Assembly (NCBI GenBank): GCA_963813715.1 | Contig: CAWFAK010000006.1 | Span: 1-64,000 of the forward strand | DNA length: 64,000 bases | Source: an uncultured Planctomycetaceae bacterium | GTDB lineage: Bacteria; Planctomycetota; Planctomycetia; Planctomycetales; Planctomycetaceae | Direction of reading: 5' to 3' | Shown here: piece after piece, positions 43,676-54,960 of the stretch | Numbering within the stretch: position 1 is the first letter of the stretch | Layout of the letters: each line of letters starts with the position of its first letter | Program-made: the position numbers and the translations under genes | Notes under the pieces: model-generated | What the model saw: only the letters and a program-made list of their open reading frames with translations | The model's database searches: none | Told to the model about the DNA's origin: nothing

Positions 43676-45272
43676 TTACTCTTGTCCGCGTGGTGCACCC
43701 ATCGACGACTCGGCCGAAATGGTCGTTTGGCCGTTCGTCGATTTATCGGTGGTCGTTCCGTCGCTAACCGGTTTGTCGCCGGGCGCGGACCGACCGAGGG
43801 TCGGCAGCGTGACGGTGAAAATCGCGCCGCCTTGTGGGCCGTTGGCCGCTTCGATACAGCCACGATGATCTTCGACAATGCGGCGGCAGATTGTCAGCCC
43901 CAAGCCGGTCCCCGATTCCTTCGTGCTGACAAACGGCTCGAACAGGCGGTCCCGCACAGCCTGCGAAATGCCCGGACCGCTGTCGGCTACAGTGACCACC
44001 GCGCAGCTCGGCCTCCGTCTCTCAATGCGGATCGTCACCTGGCCCTCGCTGCGAACGGCGTCGAACGCGTTGAGCAGGAGGTTGAGCAGCACCTGGTGCA
44101 ACTGCTCCGGATCGGCGTCGACTTCGATCGGGCGTTCCGGCGGCTCGACGACAACCCGAATCGACTGCTGCTCCGCGCGGCCGGCGAGGAGCTGGCACGT
44201 CCGTTCGACGACCGACGCCAGATCCACCCGCCGCTTGGCGATGGCCGGCGGACGGGCGTAGTCCAGAAACGATTGCAGCGAGCGATTCAATCGCTGGATT
44301 TCCTCGTCGAGCACGGCCAGGTCGCGGGCATTGAGCGATTCGGTCTCCGGATCACGGCGTGCGGCGTCGACGATCGTCTTCATGGCCGTCAGCGGATTGC
44401 GCAGCTCGTGCGCCAGGCCAGCGGCCAACTGCCCCAGCGCGGCCATCTGATCGTTGCGCAACCGATCGCGCTCGGCCGACTGCAGCCGCTCGACGACCTG
44501 CGCGACCCGCTGGGCCAGGCCGGCCGCCGCCGCATCGAGCTGTGCGAAGTTGTCGGTCGAGACGACCTGGACCGGCCCGACGACCTGGTCCAGCGAACCC
44601 AGGGCGCTACGAATCGGGATGCTCAATTCGATCAGCTCGCGACGGAGACTGCGGGCGATGCCGAAGCCCGGCCACCACTCCGCCCAGCGTGCCCCCCATG
44701 CCCAACACGAACAGGGCCCAGTCGGCCCGCCGCGTCACTTCGAGTCCGTTCTTCCGTGCCGCATGCAGCGCCTCGACGCAAAGCTCGCGTTCTTCGCGGG
44801 CGCGGGACAGAAGCTGCGGATCGAGCAGCGTGCCGATCACGCGGCGGGCGACGGCTTCGCGAGCCTCGCGGGGCGTCGGTGCCGTGGGCATTTGATTGAG
44901 CTCGCGTCGCAGGGCGACCGTGTACTGCTCCATCTCGGCGACCAGCGAATGGCCGCGTTCGGACATCACCAGGCCGTCCACCTGCACCAGGTCGTTATCC
45001 CCCTCCTGGCCCAGGCCGCGGGCCACTTCGACCTCGCGGGCCTGCCCGGCCGAAGCATAGTCGGTGAGGTGCCGTCGGCACTCGTCGAAGACCTGCTCGA
45101 CGCGCTCGGCCGCTTCGCTGGCGGACATCGCCTGGTCGATCACGCGGTCTGCCTCGAGCTGCATCCGCCGCAGTGCCAGCGACGCGATGGCGACGGTCGC
45201 CAACAGAAGCACGCTCAGCACCAAGGTGGGAGCGGCGACCCGCCAGACAATTCCGCGACCGGCAAAAGTCAT
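43676..45272 (-). CDS. sensor histidine kinase (frameshift ~44660)
   Basis: Two TMs, H-box 'AHELRNPL', 'QVLLNLLLNA', 'DSGPG' and 'GTGLGL'. Confidence 0.93.
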
Positions 45273-45500
45273 CCTGTGAGTCTCGGACAAATCAGTGGCC
45301 TGTCAACCTGCGGAAAACTAAATGACCGGCAAATCACAACGACCAAGGTGCACCGTCAAGGTTCGCGCGCGGCGGTTAAAAACTGAGCGCGATTTCCATC
45401 GTAACCGACCGGATCGGGAATTGGGCGCGCCGCTATTTATTCGCATTAACTCGAATCCTCTGGAGGTTTTCCGCCCCAATCGCGAGCGGCCACGTCGGAC

Positions 45501-45518
45501 TTGGCACATGGCCTGCAT
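45501..45518 (+). promoter_or_regulatory. sigma-54 -24/-12 promoter
   Basis: TTGGCACATGGCCTGCAT: GG at 45503-4 and GC at 45515-6 with a 10-bp spacer; divergent from the HK/NtrC pair. Confidence 0.72.
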
Positions 45519-45646
45519 AGGTAGTGAATCGTTCAGAACTCTTACGAGGCATGTTGGAAAGAACTCGGATCGAAATCAGGGAAGTACGGGCCAGCTATTC
45601 ACGGTGCCACCCATTCACGGGACCACTGCGATCCGGGAGGGCCGCC

Positions 45647-45787
45647 ATGTCGGACGCAAAGCGAAGACGCAGGCATTCTCCCAACCATGTGAAACGCGCT
45701 TGGTATGCCCGGCACCGCTGCATTCGCTTCGCCCGTCGTTTCTTCGCGGGAAGCAACCCCGCCATTTCGCAAAGTGATCGAGGATGA
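45647..45787 (+). CDS. 46-aa Arg-rich hypothetical peptide
   Basis: GGGAGG RBS; stop overlaps the recombinase start (ATGA). Confidence 0.45.
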   Translation: MSDAKRRRRHSPNHVKRAWYARHRCIRFARRFFAGSNPAISQSDRG

Positions 45788-46383
45788 GCACTTCACTCGG
45801 GCCATTGGATAAGACACGGATTCTGAGCCGCTCGGAAATCGCGGCCGTGATCGCCGACCTGAAACGGAAACGGCGATCGGTCAACACGCGGCAGAATCTG
45901 ATCGTGTTTCGCCTGTCTGCCTCCTGCGGCTTGCGGGTCTCGGAGATCGCTGGAATTTGCATTCGCGACGTCCAGACCGAAGGCCCGCGGCCGCACCTTT
46001 GTATCCCCCAAACCGGGGCCAAGCGATGTCGGCCCCGCACCGTGCCCCTCTGGTGGGACGCGGAGACTCTCGCTGACATCGCTGCTTGGAAGCGCGAGCG
46101 GATCGAGGCGGGAGCGCAACCGTCCGATCCGCTCGTTTGCAGCCAGCACAAAGACACCTGGGGCAAGACGCTCTCGGCACGCAACCTCCAACATCGCTGG
46201 AGTGTGGCCATCAAAGTGCTGGGCCGGGACCGCGCCAAACGGCTCAGTATTCAAAAGGGACGCCATTCGTTCTGCTCGCACGCCCTGGCCAGCGGCCGCA
46301 GCATTGCCGAAGTTCGCGAGGCCGCCGGCCACGCCAATCTCGCCACCACCGCCAGCTACTTTCAGTTGAGGTCGGATCACTGA
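45784..46383 (+). CDS. tyrosine recombinase, catalytic domain only
   Basis: 'CGLRVSEI', 'GAKR..PRTVPL', 'SIQKGRHSF' and 'AGHANLATTASY'. Confidence 0.9.
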   Translation: MSTSLGPLDKTRILSRSEIAAVIADLKRKRRSVNTRQNLIVFRLSASCGLRVSEIAGICIRDVQTEGPRPHLCIPQTGAKRCRPRTVPLWWDAETLADIAAWKRERIEAGAQPSDPLVCSQHKDTWGKTLSARNLQHRWSVAIKVLGRDRAKRLSIQKGRHSFCSHALASGRSIAEVREAAGHANLATTASYFQLRSDH

Positions 46384-46463
46384 AGGTCTGCCGTCAGCAG
46401 GGCGACTCGAGCGGACCATCTCGACGAATTTCTCACCGCTCCATGAGCCGCGTTTGACGGCCG

Positions 46464-46499
46464 GACCCCGGGGTGCCTCTGGCCCCGGGGTCTCTTTTT
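46464..46499 (+). terminator. intrinsic terminator after the recombinase
   Basis: GACCCCGGGG-N9-CCCCGGGGTC followed by TCTTTTT. Confidence 0.7.
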
Positions 46500-46725
46500 G
46501 CGCGTCCGCCGCCACGCTGCGTCCACCGGCGAGTTTTTCGGTTCTTACGCCTGAGCCGATTCCCGCGGTTCTCTTGGGTCGGTTTAGACGCAGTAAACCG
46601 GTTTTGCTGAGGCGAAGGCCGGCTCACAAGTGGCGTGCACGCGCCAACCGATGAAAACGGCGCGTCGTTCTTTCTCGATAGGCCCGGTCGGTTGTGCTTA
46701 ATCGACCCCAGCCGAGAGTCGTGCC

Positions 46726-48168
46726 ATGCGATTGTCCATCCGTGCCTTCGGAGTCGCCCTGCTGGTGGGAACGCTGGCCGCGTCGGGTCGCTGCGGTGAC
46801 CTGTCACTCGACCTGACGGAAACGCCGCCTCCCGATCCGACGGCTCCGGCCGCCCCGGCGACTCCTCCCGCGGCTCCGGGACTCTCGACGCTGCCGGCCC
46901 CGGTCATCGCCCAACCGTGCGACAGCCCGAGCCTTCCCGCCTGCACGCCATCCCCCTTCGACGGCGACTGCTGCACGCGACCGCTCCTGTTAGGCAGTTT
47001 GTGCGGGGTCCGCGACCAGCTGGCCGCCCACGGAATCACCTTCAACGCCGATACCTATCAGTTCTACCAGGGAGTGGCGACCGGCGGCATTCACGACGTC
47101 GGCGACTATTCCGGCCGCAACGACTACTTCGTCAACATCGACGGCGAAAAGCTGGGCCTCTGGAAAGGCTTCTTCATTACCCTCCACGGCGAAACGCGCT
47201 ACGGCGACACGGTCAACGGCGACACGGGCGCCATCATCCCCGTCAACACGGCCGAGCTCTTCCCCACGGCGAGGGGGTCCGAAACGGCGCTCACCGGCGT
47301 GAAATTCACGCAGGCCCTGTCCGAGAACTTCGTGCTGTTTGGCGGCAAGCTCAACATGCTCGACGAGTTCAAGATGCCGTTCACGGGCGACCGTGCGATC
47401 GACGGCTTCTGGAACCTCGGCATGTCGTTCCCCGTCATCGTGGCCCGCACCGTCCCGTATTCGACTCTCGGTGCCGGAGCGGCCATCCTCAAGGACGGAG
47501 CGCCCATCTTCACCGTCATGGTGCTCGATACCAACAACACGCCGACGACGAGCGGCTTCAACGAGCTCTTCAGCAACGGCGTGACGATCTTTGCAAACCT
47601 CACCTTGCCGACCAAGTTCTTCGGCCTGCCGGGCTCGCAAGGCGTCTCCGGCACGTTCGGCACCGGCAATTACAACAGTTTGTCGCCAACCGCTTACTTC
47701 GATCCCGAGCAAGGACTCGTGATTACGCAGGAATTCGTCCGCGACTCGTGGTGCGTCTTCTACACGGGCACCCAGGCCCTGTGGGTCGATCCCTGCAATC
47801 CCAAGCGTGAGTACGGCGTCTTCACCAACATCGGGACCGCCGACAACGGCCCTAGCCCGATCAGCTTCGCCGCCAACGTGGCCCTGTACGGCAGCAGCCC
47901 GATCACCAATCGTCCGCTGGACACGTTCGGCATCGGCTACACGTTCACGCGATATTCGTCGCCCATCCGCGACTTCGCCCCGGTCCTCTTGCCGATCGGC
48001 AACGATCAGGCCATCGAGTTGTTCTACAACTTCGCCGTCACGCCCTGGTTCAACGTCGCTCCGGACCTGCAGGTCGTCTTCCCCGCCCGCGAAGAAACCC
48101 TGCCGCCTAATCGCGAATCGATCGACACGGCCCTCGTCCTCGGCATCCGCGCAAAGATCAACTTCTAA
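46726..48168 (+). CDS. carbohydrate-selective porin, OprB family
   Basis: Signal peptide, 'GVRDQLAAHGITF...FYQG', 'ELFYNFAVTPWFNVAPDLQ', terminal F. Confidence 0.88.
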   Translation: MRLSIRAFGVALLVGTLAASGRCGDLSLDLTETPPPDPTAPAAPATPPAAPGLSTLPAPVIAQPCDSPSLPACTPSPFDGDCCTRPLLLGSLCGVRDQLAAHGITFNADTYQFYQGVATGGIHDVGDYSGRNDYFVNIDGEKLGLWKGFFITLHGETRYGDTVNGDTGAIIPVNTAELFPTARGSETALTGVKFTQALSENFVLFGGKLNMLDEFKMPFTGDRAIDGFWNLGMSFPVIVARTVPYSTLGAGAAILKDGAPIFTVMVLDTNNTPTTSGFNELFSNGVTIFANLTLPTKFFGLPGSQGVSGTFGTGNYNSLSPTAYFDPEQGLVITQEFVRDSWCVFYTGTQALWVDPCNPKREYGVFTNIGTADNGPSPISFAANVALYGSSPITNRPLDTFGIGYTFTRYSSPIRDFAPVLLPIGNDQAIELFYNFAVTPWFNVAPDLQVVFPAREETLPPNRESIDTALVLGIRAKINF

Positions 48169-48169
48169 G

Positions 48170-48198
48170 GCAGGGGCGTGCCCCTGCACCCGGGGCGG
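48170..48198. repeat. REP-like palindrome, same family as 39010-39039
   Basis: GCAGGGGCGTGCCCCTGCACCCGGGGCGG. Confidence 0.7.
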
Positions 48199-48365
48199 TT
48201 CGAACTGCTTGAGCTGAGGCGCTGGCGCCCGCCGGGGAGTTTCTGCGAGGAAGGTTTGAGTCGGAACAGCCGACTGGTGATGCCCGCTTTGTCGGCGAAG
48301 AGTCGTTCGCTGTTCAGGATCCGGTTCTCTCAACGATCGCGTTGCTGATGGTCGGACACGAACCT

Positions 48366-49088
48366 TCACCGTTCCGATCGCGGCGCGGCGTGCATTGAGA
48401 CCAGCCGCGCGATGAGCATCGCGACGAACAGAGTGCCGGTGGTGGCTTCCAGGGCTGCCAAAAGTCGTGCGGGCCGAGACACGGGGACGATGTCTCCATA
48501 ACCGACCGTGCTCAGCGTCACAAAACTGAAGTAAAACGCGTTGAAGCCGGTCATGGTGTTCGGCCCCATCGAGTGATCGCTCGTCGCAAAGGCAGTGGGG
48601 TTGAGGCTCGCGATCAGCACGTAGGCCATGGCCCACCCCAGACCCAGCATCAGATACGTCGACACCGCCGCGCAGAGCACGCCGAACGTGACAATCTTAG
48701 CCCGGAGAATGTAGGCCAGATAAACGACAAGGACATAACTCAGGAGGGCCAGAACCGGGACCAGGTAGATGATGGGCGACAGCTGATCCGCGTAGAGATG
48801 GTGCAACCAGCGGGCGAAAATCGCCATGACGGCGAGAGCCAGCGAGCTCAGCAGGGTCGACCAGCGATTTGAGACGGCCAAGACTGCCGAGACCAGCATG
48901 AAAGTCAGCAGCAGCCCTTCGATCAACGGCCCGTGTTCCAAGTCCTCCACGAACGGCGTGACGACGATCAGCAACAGCAGTGAAATCAGGAATTCGACGG
49001 CCGACCACTGGGAGAGCACGACAAATCGCCGCCGCCGCTTCACTGTGGCATGCGTTGGGCCGGAATCTGGAGCATTGTTATCCATCAC
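48366..49088 (-). CDS. potassium channel family protein
   Basis: Selectivity filter 'YFSFVTLSTVGYGDI'; multiple TMs. Confidence 0.9.
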   Translation of the reverse strand: MMDNNAPDSGPTHATVKRRRRFVVLSQWSAVEFLISLLLLIVVTPFVEDLEHGPLIEGLLLTFMLVSAVLAVSNRWSTLLSSLALAVMAIFARWLHHLYADQLSPIIYLVPVLALLSYVLVVYLAYILRAKIVTFGVLCAAVSTYLMLGLGWAMAYVLIASLNPTAFATSDHSMGPNTMTGFNAFYFSFVTLSTVGYGDIVPVSRPARLLAALEATTGTLFVAMLIARLVSMHAAPRSER

Positions 49089-49117
49089 GATCCTTCAACC
49101 TGAGCCCAAGTTAACTC

Positions 49118-49560
49118 TTCTCCCCTCGCCCCTCGCGGGAGAGGGGTCGGGGGTGAGGGGACCCTTTTTTAATCCTGTCCCAATCCGTAGGTCCCGTCCG
49201 GTTCGTGTCCCGTCCGGCCTGTCCCGTCCCGTTCGCCCCACGTTGGTCTTCAGCCCCAACGGGGCGAGATTCGATAGCCCAGGTCGGAGCGCAGCGCAGG
49301 CCTGGGATCCGGAGCGACCCAACGAGCTTGCTCGCCGAGCCCCAGCGGGGCGAGACAACGCTCCACCGCGGCACCCGGTCCCGTTCGTGTCGCGTCCCGT
49401 CGTAGAAAGTGTCCGGACCGGACCTCGGCCGTTCATAATCCATTGATTGCGTCAACTTAAGCCGGACACTTCGGTTTCGTGCGATCCGGACCGGACCCGC
49501 GGTGGGACCACTTTCGGGCGCCCCCTTATATTAAATGTGAGAGTCCCGTCACGCCGGGGA
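49118..49560. repeat. mosaic of REP-like palindromes and GGGAC/GTCCC short repeats
   Basis: CCCCTCGCCCCTCGCGGGAGAGGGG hairpin; AGCCCCA.CGGGGCGAGA x2; repeated GTCCCGTCC. Confidence 0.6.
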
Positions 49561-49751
49561 TGAAATTTCTGACCGGCTGGGACGACCTGAGAGCTGGCTG
49601 AGCACTGATTCGAGCCGCCACCGACCGCGCGCACCTCGACCGCGGGGACAAATCGTCTCATTTCATTCTGCGGCGGTTTCGAGGTTCCACCAAGCCCGCG
49701 TTTCTACGCTCTTGGAAACAACCGCCGAAGTTTTCTCTGGCGCCCGTTCTC

Positions 49752-51175
49752 TCACTTCACCTCTTCAAAATCCGCCGGTTTCCAGCTGCCGTCGAAGGCC
49801 GGCCCCTTCGGGCCGTAGATGCGGAAGTAGACGAACCAGCCTTTGCCCGGAGCGGTTTTGATCCAGCGCGACTCTTTGCCCGCCGGCGCAGTTGGGCCGA
49901 AGTAGAGGTCGACGGAATCGCCCGTCAAATCTTTGAGCTCGAACAATGAACGAAGGGCTGCCTTGTCCTGATCGGTTTGCACTTCGCTGCGCGTGGCCGC
50001 GTCGTAGGCGGTCACTGACCAGAAGAGGCCGGCCGGCACTGGCAAAGGGACCGTGAGCTTGTAGCTCTTGCCGCCGTCGAGGTAGGCGCCGCTGTGGTCG
50101 CGGGCGGCGAGCCAGTAGAGCGAGCCCGCCCCGGCCGAGCGGCGGAACATGGCCGGCGAGGCGACGATGGCCTGGGCGAACCAGCGGTCGCGGGCCTCGA
50201 GGTCGAGTCCGCTCCGCGTGCGAAAGTTGCCATTATCGGCGACGAGTCCCGCCCACTCCCACTTGCGGTCGTCCCACGCCCGGCGGTCGGCGCGAGTGCC
50301 GTCGAAGGCCGACACGAGCAGTTGCTCGCGCCGGACTTGGCGGCGCGCTCCAGGATTTCTTTCATTCGCGCGTCGGGGGCGAAGGGTTTGCCCTTCTCGA
50401 TGCCAAGCGCCATCAACGGGCCGTACATCGCGCGGAATTCGCCGACGACCGGCTCCGCCTCGACGACGTCGTGCAGCTTCTCCCAGAACTGGAGGTTGTC
50501 TTCCCAGCGGAGGCACGTGCCGTCCATCGGCTTCTGCGAGATGTCGGTGTACTTCACCAGCTGAGGATTGGCCGCGGTCGACAGGGGATAGATCTTGATC
50601 GAACGCAGAGCGGCCATCGCCCCGTCGACGTCCCCTTTCACCGGCAGCGAGCGAATGGCGACGAGCACCTTGTACGATCCCGCGCGGCCCACGTGGTAAC
50701 CGCTCGGCACTTCTCCCTTGTAGCCGGGCGGTAGCAGCAGGTGCTTCCCCCCTTTGCCCGCGTCGGGACCGGGCAAGCCCATGTCCATGATCCAGCGCTG
50801 GTGATGATCGTCCGCCAGCGCGATGAACGGCCCCGGCGGCAATTCGACCACGAGCGGCCGATCTTTGAGGTCGAACGTTCCCGAGCCGTACGGCGTGTCG
50901 GAATTGGCCGTGAAGACGACGTGCCGCGGACCGGCCGACAGGATCATCATGTCTTCGTTGACCTTCTGACCCAGTTCCAGACCGCCGTTGAAGATGCCTT
51001 CGCACGAGAGGGTCGGGTACCAGAAGCGGTAGGCCGTGACGGCCCGCTGAAAATCCTCGGCATCGCGGGCCTTTTGCGAGGCCTCGGGCGTGGGAAAGCC
51101 ACCACGCAATGTCGGCTCCTGGCCGGATGCGAATGCGGGCGCAAGAACCAGCGCGAGGAGGAATAGATTTCGCAT
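49752..51175 (-). CDS. DUF1254/DUF1214 domain protein (frameshift ~50340)
   Basis: 'FTANSDTPY', 'PDAGKGGKHLLLPPGY', 'FWSVTAYD' and 'YFRIYGP'. Confidence 0.9.
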
Positions 51176-51211
51176 GTTGGTCTTCCGATCAAAAGCGATC
51201 AGGTCGCGGGG

Positions 51212-52655
51212 TTACTGAGCCCTCTCAACATCCGGCAGCTTCCACGTCTTCTGGTAGAGCGCCTTCGTCGGCGCGTACAGGCGGAACATCAGCTCGAACT
51301 TGCGGGCCGGATCGGTCGGCAGCCAATTGCTTTCCTTGCCGGTGGGGGCACTGGGACCGATGTAAATGTCGATTGATCCATCGGCGTTCTTCTGCAGCTC
51401 AGGGATCTGCGACGATCGGCTGCGCGCGAGACGCCCTTAATGAGCGCGTGCGTCTGCCGGTCGTACGCGGTCAGCGACCAGTACTGTTTGACCGGCGCGT
51501 TCGGCGGCACCGAGAGCTGATAGGTTTTGCCGCCGTCGAACGCCTCCCCGTTCTTGTCCTTAATCGTGATCAGATAAAACTGCCCCGCGCCGAGCCGCTT
51601 GAGGCCGATGAAAGCATAACTGTACGCCACGCCACGCTCATCGACCGGATAGTGGTCGGGGTCGGTGTAGCCCTTCTGCGCTGCCTCGACGAGCGCGGGA
51701 TACGTCGGGTACGTCCAGTGCCCGCCCGGCCAGAAGGAGGGGAAGCCGGCGTTGTACTTCATCTCCAGCCAGTCTCTGGCCTCCTTCATCGCGGCGTCTA
51801 AGATCTGCTCCGCCGCGGCGTCGGGACGGAACGGTTTGCCTTTCTCGATGCCCACCGACGTGAGCTGTTCGATCATCGCCTTGTCACGCTCCAGCCACGG
51901 CTCGCTCTGCACGATGCGGTCGAGATGTTTGAAAAAGCTGGCGTCGTAACGGATGGTCGAGTCGAAATCGACGTCCTTCACATCGGTGAACACGGTGGCC
52001 GGCGGATTGGCCGCCTGTGACAGCGGATAGACCTTCATCTGCTTGCCGTAAGCAATCGATTTCTGCACGTCGGCGTCGCCGTGGCTCTTGAGGTTCGATC
52101 GCAACAGCATGTATCCCGCGAACGTGTCGGACGACAGCGGGATGTAGCCGTCGGGCGTTCTCTCTTTGTATCCGGGCGGCAGCACGAGGAACTTGCCGCC
52201 CTTTCCCTTGTCGGCGCCGAGCAGCCCCGCATCCTCCAGCGGCATCTGCCACACGGTGACGACGTTAGCGTTGAACGATCCGTCGGCGTCGCCGGGCGGA
52301 AGATCGAGCACGACGGGGCCGTCCGCCGTGTTGTAGAACGTCATGAAATAGAGGGCATCGGGATTAGGGGTGAGCGTTTGATTCTTCGCGTCGAGCGGCC
52401 GACCCCAATAAATCACCTGGCCAACCTGGCCGGGCGTCTTCGTCAGCATTTCCTGAAGCATCAGGTCATAGTTGACCGCGGGCATGCCCCAGATCACCGC
52501 CTCGACCGCTCGGCGATGGACGGTTCGCTCGGCGAGTTGGGCCGAGGTCAGCGATGGCTGCGTTGCCTTATCCTGAGCAAGGGCGGCGCAAGACAACCCC
52601 GCAAGTAAGAAGCCCGGCAGGATCAGAGCCGCGGCGCAGATCGTGCAGCGCGCAT
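51212..52655 (-). CDS. DUF1254/DUF1214 domain protein (frameshifts)
   Basis: 'RAVEAVIWGMPAVN', 'TLTPNPDALY', 'GADKGKGGKFLVLPPGY' and 'YWSLTAYD'. Confidence 0.9.
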
Positions 52656-52722
52656 GATCTCAGGTTCCTTTCAGCTTGAAGGATCGGGTCGCCCGTCCGC
52701 GATCGATTGCGCGAAGCGCGAC

Positions 52723-54627
52723 CTACTCTTTTGGCCCCGGTTCGCCGGCGGGGTGACGGAGCATGGGAAAGACCTGGCGCAGCTTCTTGCCGGCTTTGAT
52801 TTCCCGGAGTTTCTGTTCCATCAGGTTGGCCGGATTGAACGACGGCGGGAAGGAGCGCGGCGGAAATTCGTCGAATGTCGCCACGAACTTGAAGACGTCG
52901 TCCATCGCTCCGTAAACGGAACCGACGTGGTTGAGATTCCAATCCCAGAAGGTGTTGGACGTGATGTCGGCCCGCTCGAACGGATCCTGCATCAGGTTGA
53001 AGACTTTCTGCAGCCGCAACGTCGTGAAAGGCTCGGCCCAGACCTGGAGCGTCCCCGGGGACCGCTGCTCCGAGAACACGTACTTGTAGTCGCCGTCGCG
53101 AAAGCCCACCAAGAGGCCGTCGTCGTCGGCATAAAAGAACTTGTCGCGGGCGCTCTTCGCACCGTTGTTCTTGGCTGCGGTCCCGGTGACCGATTTCAAG
53201 AACGCCGACTGGTCGAAGCCGTCCAGGTGCACTTTGTAGTGCTTGCCGTTGGCGTCGTATCCCTGCTTGAGCTTGCCGATGATCTCGGGCTCGCCGGCGA
53301 TCGAGCAAAGCGTGGGGATCCAGTCGTTGTGGCTCATCAATTCGTTCGTGATCGTGCCTGCGTGAATTACGCCGGGCCAGCGGACGAGGCAGGGAACGCG
53401 GAAGGCCCCCTCCCAGTTGGTGTTCTTCTCGGAGCGGAAGTGGGTCATTGCGCCGTCGGGCCAGCTGTTCATGTGCGGGCCGTTGTCGCTGGTGTAGACG
53501 ACGATCGTGTCGTTGGCGATGCCCATATCGTCGAGGGCCTTCAGCAGCGAGCCGACGGTGTCGTCGTGCTCGATCATGCCGTCGATGTATTCGCTGTCGC
53601 CGTGCTTGTAGCGACCGCGGTGCTCGGCGCGAACATGCGTGCGGAGGTGCATTCGCGTCGTGTTCATCCAGCAGAAGAACGGCTTGCCGGCTTCGTGTTG
53701 CCGTTTCATGTAGTCGATGGCCGCGCTCGAGGTTTCGTCGTCGATGGTCTCCATCCGCTTCTTGGTGAGCGCGCCGGTGTCCTCGATCGTCTGCTTGCCC
53801 ATCTTGCCGAACCGCGGATCGACGGTTTCGTCGTCCTTGTCCGTGGCCTTGCACTTGAGCACGCCGCGCGGACCGAACTTCGCGAGATAGGCGGGATCCT
53901 TGGGATAGTCGGGAAGCTCGGGCTCCTCCTCGGCGTTGAGGTGGTAGAGATTGCCGAAGAACTCGTCGAAGCCGTTGACTGTGGGCAGGCTCTCGTTGCG
54001 ATCGCCGACGTGATTTTTGCCGAACTGACCGGTCGAGTAGCCCAAGTTCTTGAGCAGGCCGCCGACCGACGGATCGAGCTGACTCATTCCCATCGGCGCG
54101 CCGGGGAAGCCGACCTTGGTCAGCCCGGTGCGAATGCCGTGTTGCCCGGTGAGAAAGGCCGCTCGCCCAGCCGTGCACGACTGCTCAGCATAATAGTGGA
54201 GAAATCGCAGCCCCTCTTTGGCGATGCGGTCGATGTTGGGCGTTTCGTAGCCCATGAGGCCGTCGCTGTAACAGCTGACATTCGTGACGCCGATGTCGTC
54301 GCCAAAGATCACGAGGATGTTCGGCTTGCCTTTGCGTTGCGGAACCACTTGCTGGTCCTGCAAGGCGGCCAGCAGCGTGTCGCTCGAGCAGCACACCGCG
54401 TCGTCGATCGCAAGCCCGGTGCTCGCGGCTGGCGTCGCAGTCTGAGGCGAATTCGTCGGGGTCGGACGAACGAGCGGAGCCGGATTGTGAAGGTCGCGCG
54501 TGCTGACTGCTGCCTGTGGCGATGCGCCGGCTTGCTTGAGCCGCGGGCCGCCACCTTGTGCCAGCAGGTAGCCCAGCATTCCGCCGATCAGAAGCACGGC
54601 CGGAATCTGCAGTCGCGTGAGGCGCAT
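52723..54627 (-). CDS. arylsulfatase (formylglycine-dependent, Cys type)
   Basis: 'KPNILVIFGDDIG', 'SCTAGRAAFLTG', 'GKNHVG' and 'SDNG'. Confidence 0.95.
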   Translation of the reverse strand: MRLTRLQIPAVLLIGGMLGYLLAQGGGPRLKQAGASPQAAVSTRDLHNPAPLVRPTPTNSPQTATPAASTGLAIDDAVCCSSDTLLAALQDQQVVPQRKGKPNILVIFGDDIGVTNVSCYSDGLMGYETPNIDRIAKEGLRFLHYYAEQSCTAGRAAFLTGQHGIRTGLTKVGFPGAPMGMSQLDPSVGGLLKNLGYSTGQFGKNHVGDRNESLPTVNGFDEFFGNLYHLNAEEEPELPDYPKDPAYLAKFGPRGVLKCKATDKDDETVDPRFGKMGKQTIEDTGALTKKRMETIDDETSSAAIDYMKRQHEAGKPFFCWMNTTRMHLRTHVRAEHRGRYKHGDSEYIDGMIEHDDTVGSLLKALDDMGIANDTIVVYTSDNGPHMNSWPDGAMTHFRSEKNTNWEGAFRVPCLVRWPGVIHAGTITNELMSHNDWIPTLCSIAGEPEIIGKLKQGYDANGKHYKVHLDGFDQSAFLKSVTGTAAKNNGAKSARDKFFYADDDGLLVGFRDGDYKYVFSEQRSPGTLQVWAEPFTTLRLQKVFNLMQDPFERADITSNTFWDWNLNHVGSVYGAMDDVFKFVATFDEFPPRSFPPSFNPANLMEQKLREIKAGKKLRQVFPMLRHPAGEPGPKE

Positions 54628-54960
54628 CGTTGATTCTCCCGTCGAGAAGTTCGGGACGTCAAAGTTGTTCGGCACAGTCCGCGGGGTGGCGGCAACCGTC
54701 GACAAGCGACCGGCGCACTAGCCGACGACTCTCGCTCGGCTGGTCGCGATCGGGTGGCGACGAGCATTCATCGCACGGCTTCGGGCGGCCCGCGGACATC
54801 GCGGCAAAGATGGGAAGCGCGGCCCCAATGGTGGCACGCGAATGTCGAAATTGCAATGTCGCCGAGCGCACACCTTCTACACGCCCAACGTTTCCTAGAC
54901 GATACGTGCGACGCAAGCGCGCGGTCGGCCCGGCGCACATTCGATTGCCGAGGTGCGCGC

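Noticed and set aside
45784..46383. Integron integrase or prophage integrase
   Set aside because: Too short, lacks the IntI insertion, and no attC array, tRNA or phage genes are nearby.
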